64,000 nucleotides of DNA from Cyanophora paradoxa CCMP329. Its lineage: Eukaryota > Plantae > Glaucophyta. The notes under the pieces are model-generated. The model ran no database searches, was not told the DNA's origin, and saw only the letters and a list, made by a program, of their open reading frames with translations. The stretch spans positions 1-64,000 of the forward strand of contig QPMI01000166.1 of the NCBI GenBank assembly GCA_004431415.1, read 5' to 3'. Shown here piece by piece: positions 32,918 to 45,228 of this stretch. The stretch's first letter is position 1, and each line of letters starts with the position of its first letter. Both the position numbers and the translations under genes were made by a program.

Positions 32918-35900
32918 ATGAAGCTGCACCCGGTTGGCGGGGCTTCGGGCGGGACCCACCGAGGTCTTGGCCCGCCCACGGGGAAGAAGACCGGGCTGTC
33001 AGACTATGCTAGGACAAAGGTTAGTGCTCAGTGTCGCACCCGCGGTCCCCGCGCATAGCTACTCTGGAGGCGCGAGGGTCAGCCCGTAACTGGAGCAGCG
33101 AGGGCAGTAGCCCAGGAGCGGCGCGAGCAGCCCGCCGGTTGCCCCTGCATACTCTGCATGTTATACTAAGGTGATCCCCCCGCCAGATTTCCGGAGAGGA
33201 CCTTGCCTCGGGGCGGACTATGTCATTCTGGTACGCGGCGCTTGCCCTCTGTCCCGCAACAGCTCTTTGTACTCACTGTGAGCTCTGTAGGAGTGCTGAA
33301 GTGGAGCAGGACTTCAGCTACTACTTTGGCCGGCGTAGCTTGGCAACAGTGCGCGTGTTTCTGGCAGTTGAGCTCCTGGTCTACGTGGCCACCGGTCAGC
33401 TGCTCTCGTTGGGGCTTTCCTTTCTGCCAAAGACCTCACCGTCCCTGCCGCGCAGGCGTCTACTTTATGTACACCCCGCTATCTAGGACAAGGGACAGCG
33501 GCGGGGACTACGCACAGACTGTCCGGATACTCCACTTTTACATCAGCACTCCCTTGCACGTTATCTTCCTCGCCCTCACATACACCTCCATCATCAAGCG
33601 GTACAGGTTCGCTCGGGTCCCCGGCTCTTTCTCGACTCCCTCGTGCTCGTGCGATCGAGCGGGGCGCCCGTGCGCGCAGGGAACTCGTCATGTTCTTCGC
33701 CTTCTGCTTCGAGCTGGCAATACCGCTGGCGATGTCCCGCCTGGTTCCAGACGAGGCGAGCGGCCGCTCTGCCTGTTCCAGCTCCCAGCGCTCACGCCAG
33801 GCGCGCAGATCTCGCAGATGTACGTCGTGATGATGACGTCAGCGAGCATCTTCAACACGGCCTGCCTGACCGTGCGGTGGCACATCGGCGCGGCGGTCGC
33901 CGCCGGTGCGGCCCGCCGGCCCAGCGCGTGACCGCGCGGCGCGGCTCACGCGGTGCCGCGCAGTGGCCTGGGCGGTGCACATCATCATCCAGCTCGTTCC
34001 GGACGGCAAGTTCTTCCTCTCCGGCAGCCTGAACTACATCGTGAGCGGGCCCCCCGCTGCCGGCGCCGCGCGGGGCCGACCCCGCGCAGCCCGGGTACCT
34101 GGTCGCGTTCGGCGCCATCGTGATCGGCCTGCGGGTCGGCTACAGCTTCGAGCTGTACGCCCCGCCCCCTTCACCGGCCCGCCCCAGCTGACGCCGCCCC
34201 CGGCAGGGTCTCCCGGCGAGGGTACATCCTGGAGCGGTTCGGCGGCGATGGCCTCAAGATCCCGCTCATCGGGGGTCCCGGCGTCGAACCCGAGCCCGGC
34301 TCCGGTCAGCGCCGCCGCCCCCCCGCCGGCCGGCCCGACCCCGGCCCCGCGCCGACGCCGCGGGCAGGGCCGGAGGAGCTGAAGGTAAACGGGGTGCTGC
34401 GGCGGGGCGGGAGCGTGGCCTCGGAGGTCTCCGTTATTCACGTCATGCACGACGAGCTCGTGCGCCCCGCCGCGCCCACATCGCATCGCCTCCCTCCTCG
34501 CGCCGCGCCGGCCTCCTGACCGGAGGCGCCGCGCTCTTCAGCCCAACTTCGTGCGCCGCGGGAGCGACGCCGGGGAGCGCCCCGCCGTCGGCAACCTGGG
34601 GATCGACGTCGAGCTCACGCCGGCCGAGATCGAGAAGGTGCCCCCCGCCCCCTTCCTTCTTTTTCTCTCCCCTTCCTTCTCCCTCCCCCCTCCTGCCCCC
34701 TGCATCTCCTCGCCGTCTCACGCCCCCCGGCGGGCGCGCAGTTCAAGCGCCTGGACTTCGACGTCTTCTCGGTGCCGATCAGCAAGCTGGTGGCGCACGT
34801 GGTGAACATGTTCGAGGCGGCGGGCCTCGTCGAGCGCTTCCGCATCCCCCGCGACATCCTCTGCAACTTCGTGGGCACCATCGCCATGTCCTACAACCCC
34901 GTCCCCGTGCGCCCGCCCCGCCGGGCCCCCTCCCCCCCTCCCCCGCTGGGGCGCTGAGGGGCGGGGCGGGGCAGTACCACAACGTGCACCACGCGTTCGA
35001 CGTGACGCAGACGGTGTACTTCCTGTACATGACGGCGCGGGAGTCGATGGACATGTACCTGCGCCCCATCGACGTCCTCGGCCTCTTCACCGCCGCCGTC
35101 GCCCACGACGTCGACCACCCGGGCCTCAACAACGTCTTCCAGGCCCGCCTCCGCCCCCCTCGCTCCGCCCCGCCTCGCGCCCGTCTCGACGGGGGCCGGC
35201 GGGCCGCGCGCAGGTCTCCACGAAGAGCCGGCTGGCGTACCTGTACAACGACCAGTCGGTGCTGGAGAACCACCACTGCTCGCTGGCCTTCCAGATCCTC
35301 TCCCGCCCCGAGACGAACATCTTCTGCAACCTCTCCGACGCCGACTTCACCGAAGTCCGCCGCATCGTCGTCTACGCCATCCTCGCGACCGACATGCAGA
35401 AGCACTTCGACATCGTCAAGAAGTTCAAGGCGCGGCTCGCCGTGACGGAGTCGCAGCCGGTGCCCGAGGGGGAGAAGCGGCGGTGGCTGGAGATGGACGA
35501 GAAGGAGGACCGGCGGATGCTCGTGGAGATCATCCTCAAGTGCGCGGACATCTCCAACGTCGTCAAGCCCTTCCCCATCGCCAAGCGCTGGGGCGACGTC
35601 CTCCAGGAGGAGTTCTTCCACCAGGTCCCCGCCTCCCGCCCGCCCTCCCCCCGGCCCCCGAGGGCCCCCGCCCCTGACCCCCGGGGCGGCGCGCAGGGGG
35701 ACAAGGAGCGGGAGCTGGGCCTGCCGGTGTCGCCGATGTGCGACCGGCGGGTGGTCGTGCAGGCGCAGTCGCAGCTCGGCTTCTCCAACGCGATCGCCCA
35801 GCCGCTCTGGAACGACCTCGTCAAGGTCTTCGGCGAGCTGCAGGAGTGCATCACCAACCTGCAGGGCAACGCCAAGACCTGGCTCTCCGTCCTCGAGCTC

Positions 35901-35963
35901 GGCTCCGCCGCCATGGCCTCCCACCTCTCCTCCGCCAGCGCCTCCGGCCCCGCCGACAAGTAG
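32918..35963 (+). CDS. Class I 3',5'-cyclic nucleotide phosphodiesterase with N-terminal multi-TM region
   Basis: [74 protein letters not shown]. Upstream exons give FWSAEVEQDFSYYF followed by about six hydrophobic segments. Start uncertain. Confidence 0.9.
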
Positions 35964-36266
35964 CCGCCCCCGGGGCCCCGCCCCCGGACCCCTCCTCCCT
36001 TCCCCCCTTCCTCCTCTTCCCCTGCGTTGCGGGCCCCTTGGCCCGCCGTTTCTAGCATTCATTTGGTATCCAGCTTTTCTTTATTTTATACCTAGAGTCT
36101 ATGGTAGCACAAGTATTTTCACTGTTAGTTCTAGTGCGCTATCATGTGGCAAAGACGCATGCGCGCGCAGGAACCCGCCCGAGGCCGCCGGCAGCGCGAG
36201 CCGAGAGCTTACGCAGCACTTGCATACACAGACGAGTGCGAAAGGGGCCGGGGGCGGGGCGCGGGG

Positions 36267-39200
36267 TCACGGGTCGCCGTCGGCGAGGATGCGGAGGAGG
36301 AGGGCGCGGTTCTGGCCCTCGTTGGTCGTCGGGTGGAAGGTGCACGCCTGCTGCTCCTTCTCCGCCAGCTCCGCCAGCACCCGCCGCTGCCGGTTCGCCG
36401 CGTGCACGTGCGCCGTCTGCAGCTTGAACGGCTGCGGCACCGTGTGCCCCTGCCGCGGCGCGCCCACCGTCTCGCCCGGGCCGGGGGGCGCGGGGGCGCG
36501 CGGGGCGGCGCTCGCGCACCCGGGCGGGGTCGGCGGCGGACGGGGGCAGGTTGACGAGGAATGCCTTGGCTTCTCGCTCGGCCTTCTCCTCCGCGAGCCG
36601 CCGCGCGTGGTCCCGCAGCTCCATGTGCCTCGCCAGGCCCCGCACCTGCGCCCCGAGGCTCAGCGGCCGGCGGGGCAGGGGCGGAGGGGGCGGGGGGCGG
36701 GGGGCGCGGACGACGATGGGCCCGGCGGGCGAGGCGGGCCGCTCCCGCCGGATCTCCGGCGTGAAGGTGCAGACCCGCAGCTCGTCGTACTCCATCGCCC
36801 TGCGCCCCGGGCGGTCGCGGGGAGGCCGGCGGCGTGGAGGGGAGGGGCGGGGCGGGGCGGGCGGGCGCGCCGGCGGGTCTGCTCGAGCTTGGCCTCCTTG
36901 GCCTTCTGCTCCCGCTCGACGCGCTTGAGGTACTCGTCGGGCTCGAAGGGCCCCGCGCGCCGCTCGGAGCCGCAGGGGCTCTGGGGGCGCGAGTGGGGCG
37001 CGGAGCGGGGGCGGAGGGTCTTGGGCTTGAAGGTGTAGACGCGGCGGAAGGCCTGCTCCGCGGCCTCGACGGCCTCCTGGCGCGCCCGCTTGATCTTCGG
37101 GTCGTCCACCAGGTCCTGGATGGAGGAGGGGCGCGGCCCGATGCTCCGCGACACCCCGTTGATCTCGGGGCGGAACGAGTACTGCTTGTAGTGCTGCTCG
37201 GCGATGGACTCGCGGAGCTGCTCCTTGCGCTTGGCGTCCTTGTAGGAGAGGCGCACGAGGCGCTCGTCGAGGGACTCCCCCGCCCGCGACGGGCGCATCT
37301 GCAGCAGCAGCTCCGAGTTGGGCCCGATGTCCGGCTGGAAGGTGTACTGCGGCTGCGTCGCCCGCTCCACCTCCTGCCGCCGGCGTCGGGGGGAGGGGGC
37401 GGGGCGGGGGGGCGGGGCGGGGGCGGACGAGGCGCTTCTGCTCCTTGCGGGCGACGAAGGCCTCCTGGCGCTCCAGGAAGGCCTCCAGCGACGTCCGCCG
37501 CCCCTCCTCCTGCGCCCCGCCCCGCTCGGCTCCACGCCAGGGCGCCGGTCGGCCGGCGGGAGGGCGGGGGCGGACGGCGGCGAGGGCGATGCGCTCGGAG
37601 GTGGGGTTGACGCGGGGGGCGAAGGGGTGCCGCTCCGCCTGCAGCTTCTCCCACTCCTCCTGCCGCCGCATCCGCTTCTCGTAGAAGACCCCCGCCTCCC
37701 TGCGCCAGCTTTCTTGAGCTCGCGGGCGGGCGGGGGCGGAGGCGCGCGCTGACTTGGTGAGGCGCGTGGTGACGTCCTCCGAGCCGCGGACCACCTGGGC
37801 GATGCGCTCGCTCATCTGGTCGAGCTGCGGGGCGGTTCGTCAGGGGCGAGGGGGCCGGGTGCCGCGGGGGGCGGGCGCGCCGTGGGGCGGAAGGTGCAGT
37901 TGGGGTCCAGCGAGTGGTTCACCCGCATCTTCATCAGCTTCTCGTTCCTGCGCCCCGGCGTCACGCGCCGGCCCCCGAGCGGCGCGCCCCCCGCGGGATC
38001 GAACCGGCGCCTCTGGAGCTCCCCGACGCGCTCGTGCAGCGGCTTGTAGTCGGCCGCCTCCGAGGGCACCGGCGGCGGGCCCCGCTCCTGCCAGGACACT
38101 TCGCCGGGGCACGACGCAGGGCGAGCGGGGAGGGGCGGGGCGCACCGCCGGGGGAGGGGAGGGGCTCCGCGACGCCGCGTACCCCCCCGTGCCGATGTGC
38201 GAGGGCGCCGTCCGGTGGCGGTTCGTCCGCGGCGCGAACGGGTGGGCCGACACCTGGGCGCGGGGGGGTGGGGGGGGGGGGGGGGGATGAGAGCGGGGCG
38301 CGGGGCGGCGGGGGCGAGCCGGGAGCACCGCGAGGTTCTCCTGCTCGCGCTTCGCCATCTCGCGGCGAGCGATCTTCGAGTCGCTCTCCGCCGTCAGGCG
38401 CTGCCGCGGGTCAGCCCCGGGGGACGCCGGCGCGACCCGCGGGCAGGGGGCCCTGGTACCTTCTCGACGGGGAGGCGGAGGTGCTCGGGCGGGGCGGGGA
38501 TGAGCGGGTTCTCGTTGATCGCCGGCTGCCGGGGGCGGTGGTGAGCGCCGGGGGCGCGGGGCCACCTCCGGCGGGGGCCGCGGCGCACGCGGAAGGGGTA
38601 CTTCTTGAGCTCGGAGATCTCGCGCTCGGCCTTCTGGCGCTCGTACTCGGCGGCCCTCGCCTGCCGCGGCACGGCGAGCTGGTGGATCCGCTGCTCCCGC
38701 GTCCGCGGCGCCGACCGCGGCCGGTAGTTGTTGATCCGCGGGCGGAAGCTGCGCGCGCGCGAGCGCTCGGTCGGCCCGGGGGCTCGGCCCGGGGCGGGCG
38801 GGGCGCACGTGCACTCCTTGAGCTCGTCCTCGCGGACGCGAGCGACGAGGGCCCGCCGCGAGGGCGACTGCGCCCTGTTCTGCGCCAGCTGCTCGATCCG
38901 CGTCGACGCCGCAGGGCCTGCGCCGGCGTCAGCCACGCCGCCCCCGCTGCGCCCCAGCGGCGCCCGCTGCGCACTCTTGGATGCGCTCGAGGGGGCCGGG
39001 CGCTCGCGCGGGGCGCTGGAAGGGCGCTGCCGGCTCGCCGGGCCGCGCCCCGCCGGCGTCCGCGTGTCCGAGGGACGCGGGCCCCTCGCGGAGGCCGAGG
39101 GCGGGGCGTGCCTCCCGGCCGGCTGAGGCGCCCGGCGCGCCCCGCGCGGCCGCTCCTCCTCCCCCTCGTCGCCCCACTGCCCGCGGTACGAGAAGAGCGC

Positions 39201-40365
39201 GGCGGGCGGGCTGCCGCTGTACTCCTGCGGGCCGTCCCGGTCGTAGCCCTCCTCGCCCTCGTCCTCCTCGTCCTCCTCGTCGCCGTAGCCGGGGGCGTAG
39301 CGTTCGGGCTCGTCGGGCTCCTCGTGGCTGCGGCGGCGCATGGCGGCGGCGAGCTCGCGGTCCTGCGGCGGCAGCCGCTTGTTCGACTCGGCGATGAGCG
39401 CCCGCAGCCGCTCCAGCCGCTCCTCCTGCTCCCGCCGCTGCGCCACCGCCGCCTCCAGGTCTCCCGGGGGCCCGCCCCTCCCCGCCCCCGCCGCCGGAGC
39501 CGCCGTCGACGACGACGGGCGGGGGATGCGCGAGGGCGGCGCCCCGCCCGCCCCCGCCTGATCGCGGTCCGGCGAGTGGACGGCCGCCGGCGCCGGCGCG
39601 GGCGGCTGGATCCGAGAGGCTGACGCTTGCGCATAGGTGTGCATATACGTTGGGGGCGAGTGCGTGTGGATCGGTACGGGGATCCGCGACGGGGGCGGCG
39701 GCGAGTTGCCGGCCGCTCCTGGGCGCGGGCTGCTGGTCTGCGCCTCGGCGGCGGGCTTCGCTGCGGGTGCGGACGCAGGACGGGAGGCGGCCTCCGCTGC
39801 CTCGCGGTCCCTCCGCTTCTTCTCCTCCAGCAGCCGCGCGATGAGCTCGTCACGGGACGACGCCGGCGCCGGCGCCGGTGGCTGCGCGGCTGCCGCGGCT
39901 GCCCGGAGCGTCAGCGGGAGGGTAAGCACGTCAGCAGAGTGCTCATCGCACCGGCGGCCTCCAACTCCCGCTTCTTCTGCTCGCGCTCCATTTCAAGTTT
40001 CTTCAGGATCTCCGTGCGCCGCTGAGGCTGCCAACGACAAAGCGAGCTAAGCTAGAAGTGCAGGTGAATGAGATGGATGCACGGCGAACCGGAATGCTGC
40101 TGCCGCCCTCTGCCTGGGCGACGTAGTTCGCCGCAACCGCCACCGCAGGGCGGCCTGCTCCAAAGTCCGTCGTCGATTCTGCCTGAGATGTCCGAAGCGC
40201 GCCCCGCCCCGCGCCTGCCCGGGCCGCCGCTGGCGAGGCCGTGGGTGGGGACGAAGAGCCGTTCGGGTCGGGTTGCTTACGATCCGTGCGGGCCAGGAAG
40301 CTCTCAAACGCCTTGGCCTCCTCCTCTAGGCCATGCAGGTCGAGCGCCACGCGTTCCACCGGCAT
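36267..40365 (-). CDS. Uncharacterised coiled-coil protein with about 10 [CYH][TPS]FxPx(I/T/V)N repeats; candidate microtubule-associated protein
   Basis: CTFRPRIN, YPFQPAIN, HPFAPRTN, CTFRPQLD, HPFAPRVN, YTFQPDIG, YSFRPEIN, YTFKPKTL, CTFTPEIR, CTFHPTTN, plus TVPQPFKLQT. Confidence 0.75.
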
Positions 40366-40421
40366 GGCGGACGAGGCTCGGCCAACACTCAAATTTCACG
40401 GGTAGAACACACTTCGTTCGC

Positions 40422-41650
40422 ATGTCGGCCAGCCTGGCTGAGCACATCGATAGTGCGCATTGGGGCTTGCGGCATGCGTGGTGCCGGTCGAGACCGCCGA
40501 GTGGGCGCCCTTCAAGCTGCGCAGCGCTCGAAGCGCGGAGCTGCTCGCGGCGCAGGCCGAGTACGGGCACCTTAGCGAGCACGTCAGCGCGAAGCTCGAC
40601 GAGAGCATCTGCGGAGCGAGTACGTGCGGGCGGCTCACGCGGCTTCTGCTGGCTCTGAGCCGGAGGCGGCGCCCGGCGGCGCGGCCGAGGGCGCCAGCAA
40701 GGAGGAAGTGATGGCGTACGCCCAGCCTCGCGCAGCGGTGTGCGCCGCCGCGCCGCTCCTTGCCCGCCTCGATCGAGTGGCTCCTCCTCCCCAGCAGCGT
40801 CGCCGTTGACTGGGAGGCCGAGGCGGCGCTGGCGGGGGCGTGGGGGCGGGGCCTGCGCGAGCTGCGGGCCGGCTCGTCCTCCGCGGACGCCATCCTCGCC
40901 TTCCCAGCCCCCTCCCAGCGACCGCCCGTTTGATGCGCGCCCAGCTGCCGGAGGGGAACAGCGGGGGACGGCTTCTCGACGGGCTGCCGCAGCTGCGTGC
41001 GGCGCGGGTACCGGTGCGGCCGCTGGGCCCCGCTGGCATCGAAGGCCTGGCGCGGGCGGGGCCCGGGGGCGCTGGAGAGGGGCGCCGCCCCGGGGCTCGA
41101 CCGCCTCGACGTCGCCTTCACCTTCGGCGGGCTCGGCGCGCCCAGGCCGCCCGCGGCCGACGGCCCCGGCTCCGCGCGCCTCTCCGGCCCCCCTCCTGAC
41201 GGGGGCGCGCGCGTGCTGACGCAGAACCCAAGCGGGAGCTGGAGAGGATGGGGCAGTCGTGCGGGCGGCGCGGATTCACTGTGGATTCTTCTCTTCCGCG
41301 AGCTCGCGGCGTGCGAGCGGCCGGCTCGAGGGCCGCGCCCGTGGGACGTGGACGCGCTGACGGGCGCGGAGGCGGCAGCGCGCGGCCTGTGCCGTGGCGC
41401 CCCGGGGCGGGGGCCTGTGGGTGCGGTTCGAGGGCGGCGCGAGCGGCCCCGGCCCAAGGCGGCGTGGGCGGCGCGGGCGGCGCGGGGCGAGCTCGATCGC
41501 GAACGCCTTTGGCCTGGCACCCTGCGCCCGCGCCGGCACCCGCCTCCGGAGTCCGGACCGAACGATCCGCCTGGCCGACTCGGCGAGCGCGAGTGCGCGA
41601 CCCTCGCCACCGCTTGCCGCCGGGCCACTCGTTCATTGCCCACTGATCAT
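40422..41650 (+). CDS. Hypothetical protein (frameshifted in the assembly, or degenerate)
   Basis: Coding-like blocks (MSASLAEHID, AEWAPFKLRSARSAELLAAQAEYGHLSEHV, VDWEAEAALAGAW, RLLDGLPQLRAAR, DSLWILLFRELAA) with intron-like gaps; needs indel corrections; 3' end unclear. Confidence 0.45.
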
Positions 41651-42229
41651 GACACGTACACGTACACGCACACGAACAGAGCTGGGAAGCACACATGTAC
41701 ACCTCATGATCAGGGCCTTACCGTGCCTCAGAGTCTCTGGATCTCAGGCTTGGGTCTCTCATAGCCCACAGGCCACAGCCCACTGGGGCCACAGGGCCTA
41801 GGCCTAAACCCAGCAGCCTCCGAGGCTCCCACCCTCAGGGCCTGCCGCAGCCTGACTCAGGCTGACCATGGGGCAGTACTAGTACTAGAGCTGCAGGCTA
41901 GTAGTGGGCCGGGCCCGCGCGCCTCATGATCGACCGTAGTACGAGGCCAGCTCAGCGGCTGCAGGCTAGTATTCACAGAGTATTCATGATTCATGATCAG
42001 GCACGTGCCAGCTGCAGCCGCGGCAGCCTGCGCATGCGCATGCCTCAGTTGCCGCGAAGTTGCGGCGATCGCGAGCCCCTGAGGGCTGCCAGGCTGCGGT
42101 CCGATGGTCAATCTCATTATCGCGGGGCGCCGCGGCGGGGCGGCCGAGTCTGGCATCTCATGATCTCACTAGTACTGATCATGCCATGATGAGTCACTGA
42201 TCATGAGTCACTGAGTCAAGTGACTCGAG

Positions 42230-42243
42230 TGACACCGTGGCAC
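42230..42243 (+). promoter_or_regulatory. Recurrent intergenic motif TGRMACCGTGGCAC, copy 3
   Basis: TGACACCGTGGCAC, TGATCATG 36 bp upstream of the core. Confidence 0.45.
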
Positions 42244-42683
42244 TTACTAAAGTTAGTCAGGGTCACCGGGCCCGGGCGCGCTTAATTATAAGCTCTTAAG
42301 CTTGCAAGCGCTCAAGCCCTTTAAGCTTGCAAAGTTGCCAAGGTTACGGCGTTAACTTGGCAGACTTCCAAGGCTTGAGAATTCGAAAGGATTTGAAGCG
42401 CTTCAGAGGCTTCACGCCCCGGATCCGAATTCGCAATAAAACTCTGAGGGCCCGTAATGATTCAGTGCAAGCATATTTCAAATTGAATGCAGTCTAATCT
42501 CAGTAAAACAACCAGTACACGATTTTCGAAATGACATAAATTACAAAAGCGCCCAAACCTAAGAAAACGATCAAGTCCCCCCGAGTGAGGGGCTTGGGGC
42601 CTTTGGCGCGAAGGCCTCTGGGAGGGAGGAGCATCGGCAGGGCGTCGGCCACGGCGCGGGCGCGCCGGCGATAACTCCGGACC

Positions 42684-44801
42684 TTACGTCCGCGTCGTCA
42701 CGGCGGGGGCGGAGGGGGCCGAGCGGGGGGCAGCTGCGGCCGGCACCTTCTGAGCCGCCTCCCTGCAGGCCGCCTGCGCGCTGAAATCAGGAGCGTCGCG
42801 AGGAGTCAGGGAGGGGTAGGCGGGCCTTGTGGGAAGGCCAGTGGGCGCGCTGGCACTTCTCGTCGCAGTACTGGGCCCGCCGGCAAGACCCACACCTGAG
42901 GGAGCGTCAGCGCGGAGGGGCCGGGGAAGAGGGGGCGGGGAGGGAGAGGGGGGGAGGGGTGGGGTGGGGGGGGGTGGTGGGGGCGAACCGGCGCATGTCA
43001 GTTCCGGTGCGGCCGCAAGCGGAGCAGACCGCCCCGTTGGCCGGCGGCACGTTCTCCGAGCTCGAGCTGCGCTCCGCCGCGCTCGAGAGCGGAGCTGCGG
43101 CCTGAGGCGCGGGGCGCGGCGACGCCGATGCCGGCCGGCCGATCGCGAACTCGCCGATGACCTGCTCGCGGGTTGAGATGGGCGGGGGGAGTGCTGGGCG
43201 GGAGGAAGGACCTTGAGGGGGCACTCGCGCCGCCCCGGGCCGGCGCAGCGGTCGCGGACGATGCGGTCCCACTCGAGCACCTGCGAGAGGATCTCCGGCT
43301 GGGCTGCGAGGGAGCGGGGAGTGAGCGCGGAAGGCGGGGAGGGAGCTCGCGGCGGGCCGCACCGCGCCAGTGCTTGCCGAAGTGGCGGGCGTAGCTGCGG
43401 CAGGCGGCGGTGGAGGCGGCCCCCGCGAGCTCGCTCGGCTCGCGGCGGTCGGGCAGCGCCTCCCCCGCCAGCATCGCCAGCACGCGGTCCAGCCGGCAGC
43501 TGTGGCCCCTCGCCGCCTCCCCCGCCCCGACCCGCCGCAGCCGCTTGCAGGCCGCCGCGCACTCCCCGCACGCCCCTTCCCAGAAGGTCGTGAGCATGAG
43601 CTGGAGGATGTCCTGCCCGGGCAGCTCGGGCGCCTTCCCCAGCTACGAGGCGGCTCATCGGCCGCAGAAGGTGCACAACAGAGAGAGAGCGGGCGGGCCT
43701 TCATGGCGACGAGGACGCGGGTGTAGGTCCAGGTGATGTACGCGTCGGGCTTGAGGGCGAGCGCCGCCATGGAGGCCTCCCGCGAGAAGAGGTGCGCCGC
43801 CGCCTCGCCCCACTTCCCCAGCCCCAGCAGGCACTCGATGAAGCTCGGCAGCGGATTCACCGCCGTCGCGAAGCTCGCGGTGACGTACGTGTGGCTGCGG
43901 GCACGTCGGCGGGCGCTTCAGACTCGAGAGCGGACGGTGCGCGCACATCCTCGTGTCGAACTCGAGAAGCTGCTTGTACTTCGCGTACGCCTCTTCGTAG
44001 CGGCCCATCCTTCGCAGAATGTTTGCGGCCCCGAAGAGGCACTGGCGGGGAGGAAGGATGAGAAGGCAGCGTCAGAAGGCGCAGGTCAGATTGGACGGCA
44101 TGCGCACCCGGTAGAAGCCGCGCATGTAGACACGGTACCAAGTGTTGCCATCTCTTCTCGATTCCTCATACTCTTCCGTCCCTACGAACAAGGGGCCCGC
44201 CGCGATGCCCTTCTCGAACCAGCGCAGCGCCTCCTGCGGGCAGCGTCCGTCGCGCGAACCCTGGAGCGAATCCGAGTGCGCAAGCACCTCGCGGGTCTTC
44301 GCCTCGTAGCCCAGAAGGTAGAACGCCTCGGTGCAGTGCTCGTTCACTTTCAGCGCCCTCTGCGCCCCCAGGACGCGCTTCGGCGAGCCGACGGGCTCGC
44401 CCTCTGCCTCGATCGCACTGAGCCCCCGCGCGCGTGAGAAGCGTGGCCCGCTGGCGACGCGCGACGGCCGGCGCACATCTTCGCAGACTTGACCATCGAC
44501 GCCGGGGCTGCCGCCATGCAGGGTCCCGACCAGGTCTGATCTGCGCGCGCGGAAGGTGAGGCGCGAAGTCGACTCGAGGTCTGGCGGGAGCATGCGCACA
44601 CTCCGCGGGATGGGCGCCGCCCATGTCGGCGTCATGAGTGTCCCCCGGTTCCAGCGGCCCGTCCGAGGCGTACGAGAGGAAAGGATTATTGACGGCCTGG
44701 AAGCAGTCGAAGACGACGCCGGGAATCTTTGGCATATTCATGGCGGACGCAGGCATCGCGCCTGCGGACTCCATCTCGCTGAAACTCACGAGGATCGGCA
44801 T
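42684..44801 (-). CDS. TPR-like helical protein with C-terminal MYND zinc finger
   Basis: AQRALKVNEHCTEAFYLLG, EALRWFEKGIAAG, GFYRCLFGAANILRRMGRYEEAYAKYKQLL; CSACG....C..[23 protein letters not shown]. Confidence 0.8.
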
Positions 44802-45228
44802 GGCCACCACCGTAGCGCTGGAAGGCCCGCTGGACGCCGACGCGGCTCTCAAATATGAAACTTGAAAAATGAGCCCGGATATCTGTACCCGGGTAGCTCA
44901 GCGCTCAGCGCTGTGAGCTGCGCGGACGACATCTTCGATTATAATTACTTGCAATTGAATTCTTCTAGTTCTAACGACTGAGCCCGTCTCGCTGCGCTGC
45001 TGGCGCGTCTGTCGGACGAGCGGGCCGAACGCTAGCTGGCGGCCGTAGCTAGCACTTTGGCGGCGCCTGGCAGTTCGAGGACGGCGCTGAGGCTGCGCTG
45101 ACGCGCGCTCTGGAGCCTTCCCGAGCCGCCGATGGCGTTCTCCAATCTCTTTCAAGGCGGGTTCCTCAACGCCATCTACCGCAATGAGGGTGCGCTGGAG
45201 CGGACGCTGCGCGAGTGGAGCCTGCACG

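Noticed and set aside
32948-32977. GC hairpin (GGGCGGG...CCCGCCC) as a possible structured ncRNA or tRNA
   Set aside because: No cloverleaf or T-loop motif. It lies in the probable first PDE exon, and such stems are trivial at this GC content.
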